Shown here in pieces: positions 11,414-24,489 of a DNA stretch of 64,000 nucleotides. The notes below the pieces were generated by a model. The model was not told the origin of the DNA. It made no database searches and was given only the letters and a program-made list of their open reading frames with translations. Each line of letters begins with the position of its first letter. Positions within the stretch are counted from its first letter, which is position 1. The position numbers and the translations under genes are program-made. The stretch lies in the NCBI RefSeq assembly GCF_988242995.1, contig NZ_OZ547043.1; one strand, 5' to 3'.

Positions 11414-12732
11414 GTGAATTTTCCCAGACAGTCCCCGAACTGGTTGCCTGGGCCAGAAAAAATGACTTCTCCATCTCGCTGCCGGTAGACCGACTCTCTT
11501 TTCTGCTGGCGGTTGCCACGCTGAACGGCGAGCGTCTGGATGGTGAGATGAGTGAAGGCGAGCTGGTGGATGCATTCCGCCATGTGAGTGATGCGTTTGA
11601 GCAAACCAGCGAAACCATCGGCGTGCGCGCCAACAACGCGATCAACGACATGGTGCGTCAACGTCTGCTGAACCGCTTTACCAGCGAGCAGACGGAAGGG
11701 AACGCAATTTACCGTCTGACGCCGCTCGGCATTGGCATCACTGACTATTACATTCGTCAGCGCGAGTTTTCTACGCTGCGCCTTTCTATGCAATTGTCGA
11801 TTGTGGCGGGTGAGCTCAAACGCGCAGCAGATGCCGCCGAAGAGGGCGGTGATGAATTTCACTGGCACCGTAATGTTTATGCGCCACTGAAATATTCGGT
11901 AGCAGAAATTTTCGACAGTATCGACCTGACGCAACGTCTGATGGATGAACAGCAGCAGCAGGTGAAGGATGATATCGCCCAGTTGTTGAACAAAGACTGG
12001 CGGGCGGCGATTTCCAGCTGTGAATTGTTGCTTTCAGAAACTTCCGGCACGCTGCGTGAATTGCAGGATACGCTGGAAGCGGCAGGCGATAAATTGCAGG
12101 CCAACCTGTTACGCATTCAGGATGCGACGATGACCCATGACGATCTGCATTTTGTCGATCGTCTGGTATTCGATCTGCAGAGCAAACTTGACCGTATTAT
12201 CAGCTGGGGCCAGCAATCCATCGATTTGTGGATTGGCTACGACCGCCACGTACACAAATTTATTCGTACTGCGATCGATATGGATAAAAACCGCGTCTTT
12301 GCTCAGCGGTTACGTCAGTCGGTACAAACCTATTTTGATGAGCCGTGGGCGCTAACTTATGCCAATGCCGATCGTCTGTTGGATATGCGTGACGAAGAGA
12401 TGGCTCTGCGCGATGAAGAAGTGACAGGAGAACTTCCTGAGGATCTGGAGTACGAAGAGTTTAACGAGATCCGCGAACAGTTGGCGGCGATCATCGAAGA
12501 ACAACTCGCCGTGTACAAAACCAGACAAGTGCCGCTGGATCTTGGTCTGGTGGTACGCGAATATCTGTCACAGTATCCGCGTGCACGTCACTTTGACGTT
12601 GCGCGCATTGTTATTGATCAGGCGGTACGTCTTGGCGTAGCGCAAGCAGATTTCACCGGACTGCCAGCGAAATGGCAGCCGATTAATGATTACGGAGCCA
12701 AGGTACAGGCGCATGTCATCGACAAATATTGA
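11410..12732 (+). CDS. mukF: Chromosome partition protein MukF (kleisin)
   Basis: 440 aa; first gene of the mukFEB cluster. Confidence 0.96.
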
Positions 12733-13417
12733 ACAAGTGATGCCGGTTAAGCTGGCGCAGGCGCTGGCGAATCCGTTATTTCCGGCGCTGGATAGCGCCT
12801 TACGTTCAGGCCGCCATATTGGCCTCGACGAACTGGATAATCATGCATTCCTGATGGATTTTCAGGAATATCTGGAAGAGTTTTACGCGCGTTATAACGT
12901 TGAGCTTATTCGTGCACCGGAAGGGTTCTTCTATTTACGCCCACGTTCCACCACGCTGATCCCTCGTTCCGTCTTGTCGGAACTGGATATGATGGTCGGG
13001 AAAATCCTCTGTTATCTCTATCTCAGCCCGGAACGGCTGGCGAACGAGGGGATTTTCACCCAGCAGGAACTGTACGACGAACTGCTCACCCTGGCCGATG
13101 AAGCGAAACTGCTGAAACTGGTGAACAACCGTTCAACCGGTTCAGACGTTGACCGCCAGAAGTTGCAGGAAAAAGTACGTTCTTCGCTCAACCGTCTGCG
13201 TCGTTTGGGTATGGTGTGGTTTATGGGCCACGACAGCAGCAAGTTCCGCATTACCGAATCGGTGTTCCGCTTCGGAGCCGATGTGCGTGCTGGCGACGAT
13301 CCCCGTGAAGCACAGCGTCGCCTGATTCGTGATGGCGAAGCAATGCCGATTGAAAATCATCTGCAACTCAACGATGAAACCGAAGAGAGTCAGCCAGATA
13401 GCGGAGAGGAAGAATAA
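12713..13417 (+). CDS. mukE: Chromosome partition protein MukE
   Basis: 234 aa from MSSTNIEQ (track ORF begins 9 codons upstream); acidic C-terminus; overlaps mukF end. Confidence 0.93.
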
Positions 13418-16400
13418 TGATTGAACGCGGTAAATTTCGCTCACTGACGCTGATTAACTGGAACGGCTTTTTTGCCCGAACTTTTGACCTCGATGAGCTG
13501 GTTACGACGCTCTCCGGCGGTAACGGGGCGGGTAAATCCACCACCATGGCGGCGTTCGTTACGGCGCTGATCCCCGACCTGACCCTGCTGCATTTCCGTA
13601 ACACCACGGAAGCCGGGGCCACCAGCGGTTCGCGCGATAAAGGTCTGCACGGTAAGCTGAAAGCGGGTGTCTGTTATTCGATGCTCGACACCATTAACTC
13701 GCGCCACCAGCGTGTGGTGGTCGGTGTGCGTTTGCAACAGGTTGCCGGACGCGATCGTAAAGTCGATATCAAACCGTTTGCCATTCAGGGCCTGCCGATG
13801 TCGGTGCTGCCGACGCAGCTGGTGACCGAAACCCTCAACGAACGCCAGGCGCGTGTACTGCCGCTGAACGAGCTGAAAGACAAGCTCGAGGCGATGGAAG
13901 GCGTGCAGTTTAAGCAGTTCAACTCCATTACCGATTACCACTCGCTGATGTTCGATCTGGGCATCATCGCGCGTCGTCTGCGCTCAGCGTCTGACCGTAG
14001 CAAATTCTATCGTCTGATCGAAGCTTCGCTGTACGGCGGGATCTCCAGCGCCATTACGCGCTCTCTGCGCGACTACCTGTTGCCGGAAAACAGCGGCGTG
14101 CGGAAAGCGTTCCAGGACATGGAAGCGGCGCTGCGCGAAAACCGCATGACGCTGGAAGCGATTCGTGTCACCCAGTCGGACCGTGACCTGTTTAAGCATC
14201 TGATCAGCGAAGCCACCAACTACGTGGCGGCGGACTACATGCGTCACGCCAACGAGCGCCGTGTCCATCTCGACAAAGCCCTGGAATTTCGTCGCGAGCT
14301 ACACACTTCGCGTCAGCAACTGGCGGCTGAGCAGTACAAACACGTCGATATGGCGCGTGAGCTGGCAGAGCACAACGGTGCCGAAGGCGATCTGGAAGCA
14401 GATTATCAGGCGGCCAGCGATCACCTGAACCTGGTGCAAACCGCACTGCGTCAGCAGGAGAAGATCGAACGTTACGAAGCGGATCTCGATGAGCTGCAGA
14501 TCCGTCTGGAAGAGCAAAACGAAGTGGTGGCAGAAGCCATCGAACGCCAGGAAGAGAACGAGGCTCGTGCGGAAGCTGCCGAACTGGAAGTGGACGAGCT
14601 GAAAAGCCAGCTTGCTGACTATCAGCAGGCGCTGGACGTCCAGCAAACGCGCGCGATCCAGTATAACCAGGCGGTTGCTGCGCTTAATCGTGCCAAAGAA
14701 CTGTGCCATCTGCCGGACTTAACCGCCGACAGCGCCGCCGAATGGCTGGAAACCTTCCAGGCGAAAGAGCTGGAAGCGACTGAAAAAATGCTCTCTCTTG
14801 AGCAGAAAATGAGCATGGCGCAAACCGCGCACAGCCAGTTTGAGCAGGCTTATCAGCTGGTGGTGGCAATTAATGGCCCGCTGGCGCGTAACGAGGCGTG
14901 GGATGTCGCTCGCGAACTATTGCGCGAAGGGGTCGATCAGCGTCACCTGGCAGAGCAGGTTCAACCGTTGCGGATGCGCTTAAGCGAACTGGAACAGCGT
15001 CTGCGCGAGCAGCAAGAAGCCGAACGCCTGCTGGCAGATTTCTGCAAACGTCAGGGCAAGAATTTTGATATTGATGAACTGGAAGCTCTGCATCAGGAGC
15101 TGGAAGCACGCATTGCCTCTCTTTCCGATAGCGTGTCTAACGCCCGTGAAGAGCGCATGGCTCTGCGCCAGGAACAGGAACAGCTGCAGTCTCGCATTCA
15201 GAGTTTGATGCAGCGTGCGCCGGTTTGGCTGGCTGCGCAAAACAGCCTCAACCAGTTGAGCGAACAGTGCGGCGAAGAGTTCTCCTCTAGCCAGGATGTC
15301 ACCGAATATCTGCAACAGTTGCTGGAGCGTGAGCGCGAAGCCATTGTTGAACGCGATGAAGTAGGCGCGCGCAAAAACGCCGTCGATGAAGAGATCGAAC
15401 GTTTAAGCCAGCCAGGTGGTTCTGAAGACCAGCGTTTGAATGCGCTGGCGGAGCGTTTTGGCGGCGTGCTGCTGTCCGAAATTTATGACGACGTGAGTCT
15501 GGAAGATGCGCCGTACTTCTCGGCACTGTATGGCCCGTCACGCCACGCCATCGTGGTGCCAGATCTGTCACAGGTAACCGAGCACCTGGAAGGCTTGACC
15601 GATTGCCCGGAAGATCTCTATCTGATCGAAGGGGATCCGCAGTCATTCGATGACAGCGTGTTCAGCGTTGATGAGCTGGAAAAAGCGGTAGTGGTGAAAA
15701 TCGCCGATCGTCAGTGGCGTTATTCACGTTTCCCGGAAGTGCCGCTGTTTGGTCGTGCTGCGCGTGAAAGCCGTATTGAAAGCCTCCATGCCGAGCGTGA
15801 AGTGCTTTCCGAACGCTTCGCCACGCTCTCCTTTGATGTACAGAAAACCCAGCGTCTGCATCAGGCGTTCAGCCGCTTTATCGGCAGCCATCTGGCGGTG
15901 GCGTTTGAGTCTGATCCGGAAGCCGAAATCCGTCAACTGAACAGCCGTCGCGTCGAACTGGAGCGGGCGTTGAGTAATCATGAAAATGATAACCAGCAGC
16001 AACGCATTCAGTTTGAGCAGGCGAAAGAAGGCGTTACGGCGCTGAACCGCATTCTGCCGCGTCTCAACCTGTTGGCTGATGACAGCCTGGCAGATCGCGT
16101 CGATGAAATCCGCGAACGTCTGGATGAAGCCCAGGAAGCCGCGCGTTTTGTTCAGCAGTTCGGTAATCAACTGGCGAAACTGGAACCGATCGTTTCGGTA
16201 TTGCAGAGTGACCCGGAACAGTTCGAACAGTTAAAAGAAGATTACGCGTACTCTCAGCAGATGCAGCGCGATGCCCGTCAGCAGGCGTTTGCCCTGACGG
16301 AAGTGGTGCAGCGTCGTGCGCACTTTAGCTACTCTGACTCGGCAGAAATGCTGAGCGGTAACAGCGATCTCAACGAAAAACTGCGTGAACGTCTGGAACA

Positions 16401-17877
16401 GGCGGAAGCGGAGCGTACCCGCGCGCGTGAAGCGTTGCGCGGACACGCAGCGCAGTTGAGTCAGTACAACCAGGTGCTGGCTTCGCTGAAAAGTTCTTAC
16501 GACACCAAAAAAGAGCTACTTAACGATCTGCAACGTGAATTGCAGGATATAGGCGTGCGTGCTGATAGCGGGGCAGAAGAGCGGGCACGTATTCGCCGTG
16601 ACGAGCTGCATGCGCAACTGAGCAATAACCGTTCACGCCGCAATCAACTGGAAAAAGCGCTCACCTTCTGCGAAGCGGAGATGGACAACCTGACCCGCAA
16701 ACTGCGCAAGCTGGAGCGTGATTACTTTGAGATGCGCGAGCAGGTAGTGACCGCGAAAGCGGGCTGGTGTGCAGTCATGCGCATGGTGAAAGATAACGGC
16801 GTTGAGCGTCGCTTACACCGTCGTGAGCTGGCTTATCTCTCCGCTGATGATTTGCGCTCTATGTCGGATAAGGCGTTAGGTGCGCTGCGTCTGGCGGTGG
16901 CGGATAACGAACATCTGCGCGACGTGCTGCGCATGTCGGAAGATCCGAAACGTCCGGAGCGTAAAATTCAGTTCTTCGTGGCGGTTTATCAGCATCTGCG
17001 TGAACGTATTCGTCAGGATATTATTCGTACCGATGATCCGGTGGAAGCTATCGAACAGATGGAGATCGAACTTAGCCGTCTGACCGAAGAATTAACCTCC
17101 CGCGAACAGAAACTGGCGATCAGTTCCCGCAGCGTGGCGAACATCATTCGCAAAACCATTCAGCGCGAGCAGAACCGTATCCGTATGCTCAACCAGGGGT
17201 TGCAGAACGTATCGTTTGGTCAGGTGAACAGCGTGCGCCTCAACGTGAACGTGCGTGAAACGCACGCCATGCTGCTGGATGTGCTCTCTGAACAGCATGA
17301 GCAGCATCAGGATCTGTTTAACAGCAACCGTCTGACCTTCTCGGAAGCGCTGGCGAAATTGTATCAGCGTCTTAATCCGCAGATTGATATGGGGCAGCGC
17401 ACGCCGCAGACCATTGGCGAAGAACTGCTGGATTACCGCAACTATCTGGAAATGGAAGTTGAGGTTAACCGTGGTTCTGATGGCTGGTTGCGCGCAGAGT
17501 CTGGTGCATTGTCGACCGGTGAGGCGATTGGTACCGGTATGTCGATTCTGGTGATGGTGGTACAAAGCTGGGAAGATGAATCTCGCCGCCTGCGCGGTAA
17601 AGATATCTCTCCTTGCCGCCTGCTGTTCCTCGATGAAGCAGCGCGACTGGATGCTCGTTCTATTGCCACGCTGTTTGAATTGTGTGAACGTTTGCAAATG
17701 CAGCTCATCATCGCAGCGCCGGAAAATATCAGCCCGGAGAAAGGCACCACCTATAAACTGGTGCGTAAAGTCTTCCAGAATACCGAACACGTTCACGTCG
17801 TCGGCCTGCGTGGCTTTGCGCCGCAACTCCCTGAAACGCTTCCAGGAAGTGACGAAGCGCCTTCTCAGGCGAGTTAA
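13417..17877 (+). CDS. mukB: Chromosome partition protein MukB (SMC-like condensin)
   Basis: 1486 aa; N-terminal Walker [10 protein letters not shown], long coiled-coil arms, C-terminal [11 protein letters not shown] Walker B. Confidence 0.97.
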   Translation: MIERGKFRSLTLINWNGFFARTFDLDELVTTLSGGNGAGKSTTMAAFVTALIPDLTLLHFRNTTEAGATSGSRDKGLHGKLKAGVCYSMLDTINSRHQRVVVGVRLQQVAGRDRKVDIKPFAIQGLPMSVLPTQLVTETLNERQARVLPLNELKDKLEAMEGVQFKQFNSITDYHSLMFDLGIIARRLRSASDRSKFYRLIEASLYGGISSAITRSLRDYLLPENSGVRKAFQDMEAALRENRMTLEAIRVTQSDRDLFKHLISEATNYVAADYMRHANERRVHLDKALEFRRELHTSRQQLAAEQYKHVDMARELAEHNGAEGDLEADYQAASDHLNLVQTALRQQEKIERYEADLDELQIRLEEQNEVVAEAIERQEENEARAEAAELEVDELKSQLADYQQALDVQQTRAIQYNQAVAALNRAKELCHLPDLTADSAAEWLETFQAKELEATEKMLSLEQKMSMAQTAHSQFEQAYQLVVAINGPLARNEAWDVARELLREGVDQRHLAEQVQPLRMRLSELEQRLREQQEAERLLADFCKRQGKNFDIDELEALHQELEARIASLSDSVSNAREERMALRQEQEQLQSRIQSLMQRAPVWLAAQNSLNQLSEQCGEEFSSSQDVTEYLQQLLEREREAIVERDEVGARKNAVDEEIERLSQPGGSEDQRLNALAERFGGVLLSEIYDDVSLEDAPYFSALYGPSRHAIVVPDLSQVTEHLEGLTDCPEDLYLIEGDPQSFDDSVFSVDELEKAVVVKIADRQWRYSRFPEVPLFGRAARESRIESLHAEREVLSERFATLSFDVQKTQRLHQAFSRFIGSHLAVAFESDPEAEIRQLNSRRVELERALSNHENDNQQQRIQFEQAKEGVTALNRILPRLNLLADDSLADRVDEIRERLDEAQEAARFVQQFGNQLAKLEPIVSVLQSDPEQFEQLKEDYAYSQQMQRDARQQAFALTEVVQRRAHFSYSDSAEMLSGNSDLNEKLRERLEQAEAERTRAREALRGHAAQLSQYNQVLASLKSSYDTKKELLNDLQRELQDIGVRADSGAEERARIRRDELHAQLSNNRSRRNQLEKALTFCEAEMDNLTRKLRKLERDYFEMREQVVTAKAGWCAVMRMVKDNGVERRLHRRELAYLSADDLRSMSDKALGALRLAVADNEHLRDVLRMSEDPKRPERKIQFFVAVYQHLRERIRQDIIRTDDPVEAIEQMEIELSRLTEELTSREQKLAISSRSVANIIRKTIQREQNRIRMLNQGLQNVSFGQVNSVRLNVNVRETHAMLLDVLSEQHEQHQDLFNSNRLTFSEALAKLYQRLNPQIDMGQRTPQTIGEELLDYRNYLEMEVEVNRGSDGWLRAESGALSTGEAIGTGMSILVMVVQSWEDESRRLRGKDISPCRLLFLDEAARLDARSIATLFELCERLQMQLIIAAPENISPEKGTTYKLVRKVFQNTEHVHVVGLRGFAPQLPETLPGSDEAPSQAS

Positions 17878-17883
17878 AATTAA

Positions 17884-17910
17884 GGCGGCAGCAATGCCGC
17901 CTTTTCTTTT
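17884..17910 (+). terminator. Rho-independent terminator after mukB
   Basis: GC hairpin ggcggca-gcaa-tgccgcc followed by T-run. Confidence 0.8.
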
Positions 17911-18137
17911 TCCGAAAACTCCGTTTCTGCACTAAAAAAGTGGCACATTACGGCGCGCTTTTCTTTAAACTTCTTTACATTAGGTTATGTAAAAACGTAT
18001 CGGCGTTTATATACTGAAGATAAGCCTGATGAGTAACAGGCTTGCTCGTCATACTTTCGTGAGTATTGGCGTTGTACAGGCAAGTCGTAAAATAACAGCC
18101 TGGCTATTCAGAGTATGATAAAAACAGGGGGCAAGGG

Positions 18138-19985
18138 ATGTTGCTTAATATGATGTGTGGTCGTCGGCTGTCGGCAATCAGTTTGTGCCTGGCCGTAACA
18201 TTCGCTCCACTGTTCAATGCGCAGGCCGATGAGCCTGAAGTAATCCCTGGCGACAGCCCGGTGGCTGTCAGTGAACAGGGCGAGGCACTGCCGCAGGCGC
18301 AAGCCACGGCAATAATGGCGGGGATCCAGCCATTGCCTGAAGGTGCGGCAGAAAAAGCCCGCACGCAAATCGAATCTCAATTACCCGCAGGTTACAAGCC
18401 GGTTTATCTTAACCAGCTTCAACTGTTGTATGCCGCACGCGATATGCAACCCATGTGGGAAAACCGTGATGCTGTTAAAGCCTTCCAGCAACAGCTGGCA
18501 GAGGTGGCGATTGCCGGTTTCCAGCCGCAGTTTAATAAATGGGTAGAGTTACTGACCGATCCTGGTGTTAACGGGATGGCACGCGACGTCGTGCTCACTG
18601 ATGCGATGATGGGCTATCTCCATTTCATTGCAAATATTCCGGTCAAAGGCACTCGCTGGCTATATAGCAGTAAACCTTATGCGCTTGCAACGCCGCCGCT
18701 TTCGGTGATTAACCAATGGCAGCTGGCGCTGGATAAAGGTCAATTGCCGACGTTTGTTGCAGGACTGGCGCCGCAGCATCCGCAATATGCGGCGATGCAT
18801 GAATCGTTACTGGCCTTACTCAGTGACACCAAACCGTGGCCTCAACTGACCGGTAAAGCAACGTTGCGCCCAGGGCAGTGGAGTAACGACGTACCGGCGT
18901 TGCGCGAAATATTGCAACGCACAGGCATGTTGGACGGGGGGCCAAAAATTACTCTCCCTGGCGATGACACGCCAACTGACGCAGTAGTCAGCCCATCCGC
19001 TGTTACTGTTGAAACAGCAGAAACTAAGCCGATGGACAAGCAAACGACGTCTCGTAGTAAACCTGCGCCTGCCGTTCGTGCCGCCTACGATAATGAACTG
19101 GTGGAGGCCGTTAAACGTTTTCAGGCATGGCAAGGATTGGGGGCAGATGGCGCTATTGGCCCGGCAACGCGTGACTGGTTAAACGTAACGCCCGCCCAGC
19201 GTGCTGGCGTGTTGGCACTCAACATCCAGCGATTGCGCTTGCTGCCAACAGAGCTTTCTACCGGGATCATGGTTAACATTCCAGCCTATTCGCTGGTCTA
19301 CTATCAGAACGGCAATCAGGTACTGGATTCGCGAGTCATTGTCGGTCGCCCCGATCGCAAAACGCCGATGATGAGCAGTGCACTTAACAACGTAGTGGTA
19401 AACCCGCCGTGGAACGTACCACCAACTCTGGCACGCAAAGATATTCTGCCGAAAGTGCGCAACGATCCGGGATACCTCGAAAGCCATGGCTATACGGTGA
19501 TGCGCGGCTGGAACAGCAGAGAAGCGATTGACCCATGGCAGGTTGACTGGTCTACAATCACGGCCTCGAATTTACCGTTTCGCTTCCAGCAGGCTCCAGG
19601 CCCACGGAACTCGCTGGGGCGCTATAAATTCAATATGCCGAGTTCAGAGGCCATTTATTTGCATGACACGCCGAACCACAATCTGTTCAAGCGTGATACA
19701 CGCGCATTGAGCTCAGGCTGTGTACGAGTGAATAAAGCTTCCGATCTGGCGAATATGCTGTTGCAGGATGCAGGATGGAATGACAAACGTATTTCTGATG
19801 CGCTGAAGCAGGGCGATACGCGTTACGTCAATATTCGGCAGTCGATTCCGGTGAATCTCTACTACCTGACGGCCTTTGTTGGTGCAGATGGTCGTACCCA
19901 GTATCGTACAGATATTTACAATTATGATCTGCCTGCGCGATCCAGCTCGCAAATCGTATCGAAAGCGGAACAATTAATCAGGTAA
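18138..19985 (+). CDS. ldtD: L,D-transpeptidase LdtD (YcbB)
   Basis: 615 aa; signal peptide; C-terminal YkuD-type catalytic region with SSGCVR. Confidence 0.94.
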   Translation: MLLNMMCGRRLSAISLCLAVTFAPLFNAQADEPEVIPGDSPVAVSEQGEALPQAQATAIMAGIQPLPEGAAEKARTQIESQLPAGYKPVYLNQLQLLYAARDMQPMWENRDAVKAFQQQLAEVAIAGFQPQFNKWVELLTDPGVNGMARDVVLTDAMMGYLHFIANIPVKGTRWLYSSKPYALATPPLSVINQWQLALDKGQLPTFVAGLAPQHPQYAAMHESLLALLSDTKPWPQLTGKATLRPGQWSNDVPALREILQRTGMLDGGPKITLPGDDTPTDAVVSPSAVTVETAETKPMDKQTTSRSKPAPAVRAAYDNELVEAVKRFQAWQGLGADGAIGPATRDWLNVTPAQRAGVLALNIQRLRLLPTELSTGIMVNIPAYSLVYYQNGNQVLDSRVIVGRPDRKTPMMSSALNNVVVNPPWNVPPTLARKDILPKVRNDPGYLESHGYTVMRGWNSREAIDPWQVDWSTITASNLPFRFQQAPGPRNSLGRYKFNMPSSEAIYLHDTPNHNLFKRDTRALSSGCVRVNKASDLANMLLQDAGWNDKRISDALKQGDTRYVNIRQSIPVNLYYLTAFVGADGRTQYRTDIYNYDLPARSSSQIVSKAEQLIR

Positions 19986-20165
19986 ATGAAGCAGTTCGGG
20001 GAAATCCGTTGTCGTAATAATTAGCATGATCGGGGGCGATTCTCTGCAGCCCCCGTCACTGCTGGGGTTGAGTCATCTTGACGTCTGCTTTACGGGCGGT
20101 TAAGGTGCCTCTTGTGCGCCAGAAGTGCATATAAACGATAACATTGACCTGTAGACTTGATTATC

Positions 20166-20714
20166 ATGGACAAATTCGACGCTAATCGCCGCAAACTGCT
20201 GGCGCTTGGTGGCGTTGCACTCGGTGCCGCCATCCTGCCGACTCCTGCGTTTGCAACACTCTCTACCCCACGCCCGCGCATTTTGACACTCAATAATCTT
20301 CATACCGGAGAGTCAATCAAAGCGGAGTTTTTCGATGGCAGAGGCTATATTCAGGAAGAATTGGCAAAACTTAACCATTTTTTCCGCGATTACCGCGCGA
20401 ACAAAATAAAGTCCATCGACCCAGGATTATTCGATCAGTTGTATCGCCTGCAAGGGTTATTAGGTACCCGCAAACCGGTGCAACTCATTTCCGGTTATCG
20501 TTCCATTGATACCAACAATGAACTACGCGCCCGCAGCCGTGGAGTAGCGAAGAAAAGCTATCACACGAAAGGGCAGGCGATGGATTTCCATATTGAAGGT
20601 ATCGCGTTAAGCAATATTCGCAAAGCCGCGTTATCTATGCGCGCAGGTGGTGTAGGATATTACCCACGTAGTAACTTTGTGCATATTGATACCGGGCCAG
20701 CACGGCACTGGTAG
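20166..20714 (+). CDS. mepK: Peptidoglycan L,D-endopeptidase MepK (YcbK), M15 family
   Basis: 182 aa from MDKFDANRRKLLALGG (Tat-type RRKLL signal); zinc peptidase-like residues. Confidence 0.9.
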   Translation: MDKFDANRRKLLALGGVALGAAILPTPAFATLSTPRPRILTLNNLHTGESIKAEFFDGRGYIQEELAKLNHFFRDYRANKIKSIDPGLFDQLYRLQGLLGTRKPVQLISGYRSIDTNNELRARSRGVAKKSYHTKGQAMDFHIEGIALSNIRKAALSMRAGGVGYYPRSNFVHIDTGPARHW

Positions 20715-20740
20715 CAATTGCTTAACGAAACAGGGGCAGT

Positions 20741-21388
20741 ATGAACTATCGTATTATTCCGGTCACCGCATTCTCCCAGAACTGTTCATTGATCTGGTGT
20801 GAACAAACCCGCTTGGCCGCACTGGTCGATCCTGGCGGCGATGCGGAAAAAATCAAACAGGAAGTTGACGCCAGCGGCCTGACACTGATGCAGATCCTGC
20901 TGACGCATGGTCATCTGGACCACGTTGGTGCAGCGGCGGAACTGGCGCAACATTACGGCGTGCCGGTTTTTGGCCCGGAAAAAGAAGATGAGTTCTGGCT
21001 GCAAGGCTTGCCTGCGCAAAGTCGTATGTTTGGTCTGGAAGAGTGCCAGCCGCTGACGCCGGATCGTTGGCTGAACGAAGGCGATACCATCAGCATAGGG
21101 AATGTGGCTTTACAGGTGTTACATTGCCCTGGGCATACGCCGGGTCATGTCGTGTTTTTTGATGATCGGGCAAAGCTGCTGATTTCTGGCGACGTTATTT
21201 TCAAAGGCGGAGTAGGGCGCAGTGACTTCCCGCGTGGCGATCATAATCAACTGATTTCTTCAATCAAAGATAAGTTGCTGCCACTGGGGGATGACGTGAC
21301 ATTTATTCCGGGTCACGGACCATTATCCACACTTGGTTATGAGCGTCTGCATAATCCCTTCCTGCAAGACGAAATGCCCGTCTGGTAA
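20741..21388 (+). CDS. gloC: Hydroxyacylglutathione hydrolase GloC (YcbL), metallo-beta-lactamase fold
   Basis: 215 aa; THGHLDH metal-binding motif. Confidence 0.92.
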   Translation: MNYRIIPVTAFSQNCSLIWCEQTRLAALVDPGGDAEKIKQEVDASGLTLMQILLTHGHLDHVGAAAELAQHYGVPVFGPEKEDEFWLQGLPAQSRMFGLEECQPLTPDRWLNEGDTISIGNVALQVLHCPGHTPGHVVFFDDRAKLLISGDVIFKGGVGRSDFPRGDHNQLISSIKDKLLPLGDDVTFIPGHGPLSTLGYERLHNPFLQDEMPVW

Positions 21389-21396
21389 AGGCGCAT

Positions 21397-21433
21397 AAAA
21401 AAGCCCGCTTTTTAAGCGGGCTTCATTGTTTTT
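21397..21433. terminator. Bidirectional intrinsic terminator between gloC and aspC
   Basis: aaaaaagcccgc-ttttta-gcgggctt hairpin flanked by A-run and T-rich tract. Confidence 0.8.
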
Positions 21434-21438
21434 AACGC

Positions 21439-22629
21439 TTACAGCACTGCCACAATCGCTTCGCACAGCGGAGCCATGTTATCTGGTGTCATCCCGGCTA
21501 CGTTCACACGACCAGAAGCAACAGCATACACGCCAAACTCTTCGCGCAGACGCAGCACTTGTTCTTTTGTCAGACCACTGAAGGAGAACATGCCGTTCTG
21601 TTTGATGATAAAGCTGAAGTCGCGGTTTGCGCCTTTTTCCTGCAGCGTATTGACGAACAACTGACGCATACGCTGAATACGCTGGCGCATATCAGTCAGC
21701 TCTTGTTCCCAAATCGCACGTAACGCATCGTTGCTCAGGATGGTGGCAACAACAGAAGCGCCGTGTGCTGGTGGGTTAGAGTAGTTAGCGCGAATCGCCG
21801 CTTTCATTTGGCTGAATGCGCGATCAACGGTTTCACTGTCAGCAGCAACCAGAGTACAAGCGCCAACACGCTCGTTGTACAGGCCAAAGTTTTTAGAGTA
21901 GGAACTGGCAACAATCAGCTCTTTATGCATAGCCGCGAAAGCGCGCAGTCCTTCAGCATCTTCTTCCAGACCACGGGCAAACCCCTGGTAAGCGAAGTCA
22001 AACAGCGGTAACCAGCCTTTCTCAACGGAAAGTTGTGCCAGTGTCTGCCATTGTTCCAGCGTAGGGTCGATACCGGTTGGGTTATGGCAGCAGCCATGGA
22101 ACAGCACTACGTCGCCAGCCTGAGCTTCGTTCAGGCTGTTAATCAGTGCATCGAAGTCAAGGGTGTGATTTTCCGCATCATAATAAGCGTATTCACGAAC
22201 TTCCAGACCTGCAGAGTTAAAGACGCTCTTATGGTTCGGCCAGCTTGGGTTGCTCACCCACACACGCTTAACGCTGGTATTTTTTGCCAGGAAATCGGCA
22301 GCCACGCGTAGTGCGCCAGTGCCACCCGGAGTCTGTGCCGTGCGAGCACGTTTGTCATTGATCAGGGCGCTACCTTTACCAAACAGCAGTTCCTGAGTGC
22401 AGCGACCAAATTCAGGGATGCCGTCAATGCCGAGGTAATTTTTGGTGGTTTCATTTTCGAGCAGATACTGTTCAGCTTTTTTCACGCTGGTCAGTACCGG
22501 GGTTTTGCCCGTCTCATCTTTATAGACACCAATCCCGAGGTTAATTTTGCCGGGACGTTCATCGGCACGAAACAGATCGGCCAGGCCCAGAATCGGGTCG
22601 GCAGGAGCGGCGGTAATGTTCTCAAACAT
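21439..22629 (-). CDS. aspC: Aspartate aminotransferase AspC
   Basis: 396 aa; PLP-lysine region [14 protein letters not shown]. Confidence 0.97.
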   Translation of the reverse strand: MFENITAAPADPILGLADLFRADERPGKINLGIGVYKDETGKTPVLTSVKKAEQYLLENETTKNYLGIDGIPEFGRCTQELLFGKGSALINDKRARTAQTPGGTGALRVAADFLAKNTSVKRVWVSNPSWPNHKSVFNSAGLEVREYAYYDAENHTLDFDALINSLNEAQAGDVVLFHGCCHNPTGIDPTLEQWQTLAQLSVEKGWLPLFDFAYQGFARGLEEDAEGLRAFAAMHKELIVASSYSKNFGLYNERVGACTLVAADSETVDRAFSQMKAAIRANYSNPPAHGASVVATILSNDALRAIWEQELTDMRQRIQRMRQLFVNTLQEKGANRDFSFIIKQNGMFSFSGLTKEQVLRLREEFGVYAVASGRVNVAGMTPDNMAPLCEAIVAVL

Positions 22630-22757
22630 GACGAGGTTCCATTATGGTTACAGAAGGGAAGTCCGCTATCAGGGTAACGGGAGATTTACAAAATTCCAAC
22701 TATTACTGATGAAAACGCAGGCTGTTTTTGCAAGACGTGAGATTGCTCTGGAAGGCA

Positions 22758-22788
22758 TAAAAAAAACAGGACCAAAGTCCTGTTTTTT
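22758..22788 (-). terminator. Rho-independent terminator of ompF
   Basis: acaggac-caaa-gtcctgt hairpin with flanking A/T runs, 25 bp past the ompF stop. Confidence 0.8.
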
Positions 22789-22813
22789 CGGCATTTAACA
22801 AAGAGGTGTGCTA

Positions 22814-23887
22814 TTAGAACTGGTAAACGATACCCACAGCTACGGTGTCGTCAGAACCTACGCCCAGTTTGTTGTCAGAATCGATCTGGTTGATGATGTA
22901 GTCAACATAGGTGGACATGTTTTTGTTGAAGTAGTAGGTTGCGCCCACTTCAAAGTAGTTCACCAGATCAACATCACCGATACCTTCTACGTCTTTCGCT
23001 TTAGATTTGGTGTAAGCGATGGACGGACGCAGACCGAAATCGAACTGGTATTGCGCAACTAACAGAACGTCTTGCGTTTTGTTGGCGAAGCCGCCTTCAA
23101 TTGGCGTAGCGTTACGGGTTTCACCGTAGTTCGCTGCCAGGTAGATGTTGTTCGCGTCATACTTCAGACCAGTTGCCCACTGTTCAGCTTTTTTACCCTG
23201 ACCGCGGAATTCGGCTTCCTGGGCGTCGGTACGGTCTGCTGCACCGTAAGCACCTACGATACCAAAGCCTTCGAATTCGTAGCTGATAGAGCCACCGACG
23301 CCGTCGCCGTTGGAACGCTCAGGAATACCAGCACGTTCGTTTTTGCCCAGGTACTGAACGGCAAAGTTCAGGCCGTCAACCAGACCGAAGAAGTTGGAGT
23401 TACGATAGGTAGCAACGCCGCCTACACGACCAACGAAGAAGTCATCGCTGTATGCCGTGTCACCGCCAAACTCAGGCAGCATATCGGTGTAACCCAGTGC
23501 GTCGTAAACCACACCGTAGTTACGACCGTAGTCGATAGAACCCGCATCAGCGAATTTCAGACCTGCGAATGCCAGACGAGTTTTGTTACCTTTCTGGGCA
23601 TCAGCGCCTTCAGAGTTGTTACCCTGGAAGTTATATTCCCACTGACCGTAGCCGGTCAGATCGGAATTGATTTGTGTTTCCCCTTTAAAACCAAGACGGG
23701 CATAAGTTTTGTCGCCGTTTCCGCCGTAACTGTTTACACCATTGTCTTTAGAAAAATAATGCAGACCGACAGCTTTACCGTACAGATCTACTTTGTTGCC
23801 ATCTTTGTTATAGATTTCTGCAGCGTTTGCAGTACCTGCTACTAACAGAGCAGGGACGATCACTGCCAGAATATTGCGCTTCATCAT
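22814..23887 (-). CDS. ompF: Outer membrane porin OmpF (loop-variant allele)
   Basis: 357 aa; signal peptide [23 protein letters not shown]-terminal ...VAVGIVYQF; barrel core matches OmpF, loop segments differ from K-12 as recalled. Confidence 0.95.
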   Translation of the reverse strand: MMKRNILAVIVPALLVAGTANAAEIYNKDGNKVDLYGKAVGLHYFSKDNGVNSYGGNGDKTYARLGFKGETQINSDLTGYGQWEYNFQGNNSEGADAQKGNKTRLAFAGLKFADAGSIDYGRNYGVVYDALGYTDMLPEFGGDTAYSDDFFVGRVGGVATYRNSNFFGLVDGLNFAVQYLGKNERAGIPERSNGDGVGGSISYEFEGFGIVGAYGAADRTDAQEAEFRGQGKKAEQWATGLKYDANNIYLAANYGETRNATPIEGGFANKTQDVLLVAQYQFDFGLRPSIAYTKSKAKDVEGIGDVDLVNYFEVGATYYFNKNMSTYVDYIINQIDSDNKLGVGSDDTVAVGIVYQF

Positions 23888-24034
23888 TATTTATTACCCT
23901 CATGGTTTTTTTTATGACACCTGCCACTGCCGTCAATAAGTTCTGTCAATAAAAATTTACGGAACTATTGATGAGAGTTTGGTGTCTTTATGTGTCTGCA
24001 GGCATCTTTCCATTCAAACTAACGTTTCGCTACC

Positions 24035-24100
24035 GTGAAAGTGCTACAAAGATAAAGATTTGGTTTCAAAAAGAAAAAATATGTAACCAAAAGTAAAATT
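24035..24100 (-). promoter_or_regulatory. ompF promoter-proximal OmpR binding sites F1-F3
   Basis: Minus strand reads TTTACTTTTGGTTACATATTT / TTTTCTTTTTGAAACCAAATC / TTTATCTTTGTAGCACTTTCAC, the classical OmpR boxes about -100 to -40 from the ompF start. Confidence 0.8.
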
Positions 24101-24448
24101 TAAGGAACTTTGTGAACACCGTCATATTTCCATAGAAGCGTGATGATATTTACAGCAATATTTATCTATTTATATGATTTCATTATATTTAAATTAACTA
24201 AACGGAAATTTTGTTTCTGATGGAAACTTTATCGACCTGGCACTAAATCCTCGTTCAGACATCCAGAACGCCAAAAAATAGTATGAAAATTGTGCTATCA
24301 GCTAAGAAAAAACTAATCCGCAATAAGAATGCGGATTATTTTTTGTGCGCAAATGTTGCAGTGTAATATTCCGTAACAGGATGATCGTTATGGTGGGGTT
24401 GCAAATAGATTGCTTGACTTAACAAACAGATAACTTGACAGAAAGGAT

Positions 24449-24476
24449 AAAAAAAGAGCCAGCGGGCGCTGGCTCT
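24449..24476 (-). terminator. Rho-independent terminator of asnS
   Basis: agagccagc-gggc-gctggctct hairpin followed on minus strand by T7. Confidence 0.8.
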
Positions 24477-24489
24477 TGAAGACGCTAAA

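Noticed and set aside
17092-17826. 244-aa ORF antisense inside mukB, plus several shorter ones across 13441..16446
   Set aside because: They are embedded in the mukB coding sequence, which is fully accounted for. The translations are arginine-rich frame artefacts.
23072-23845. 257-aa ORF antisense to ompF
   Set aside because: It is the mirror frame of the ompF CDS with a low-complexity translation and no independent support.
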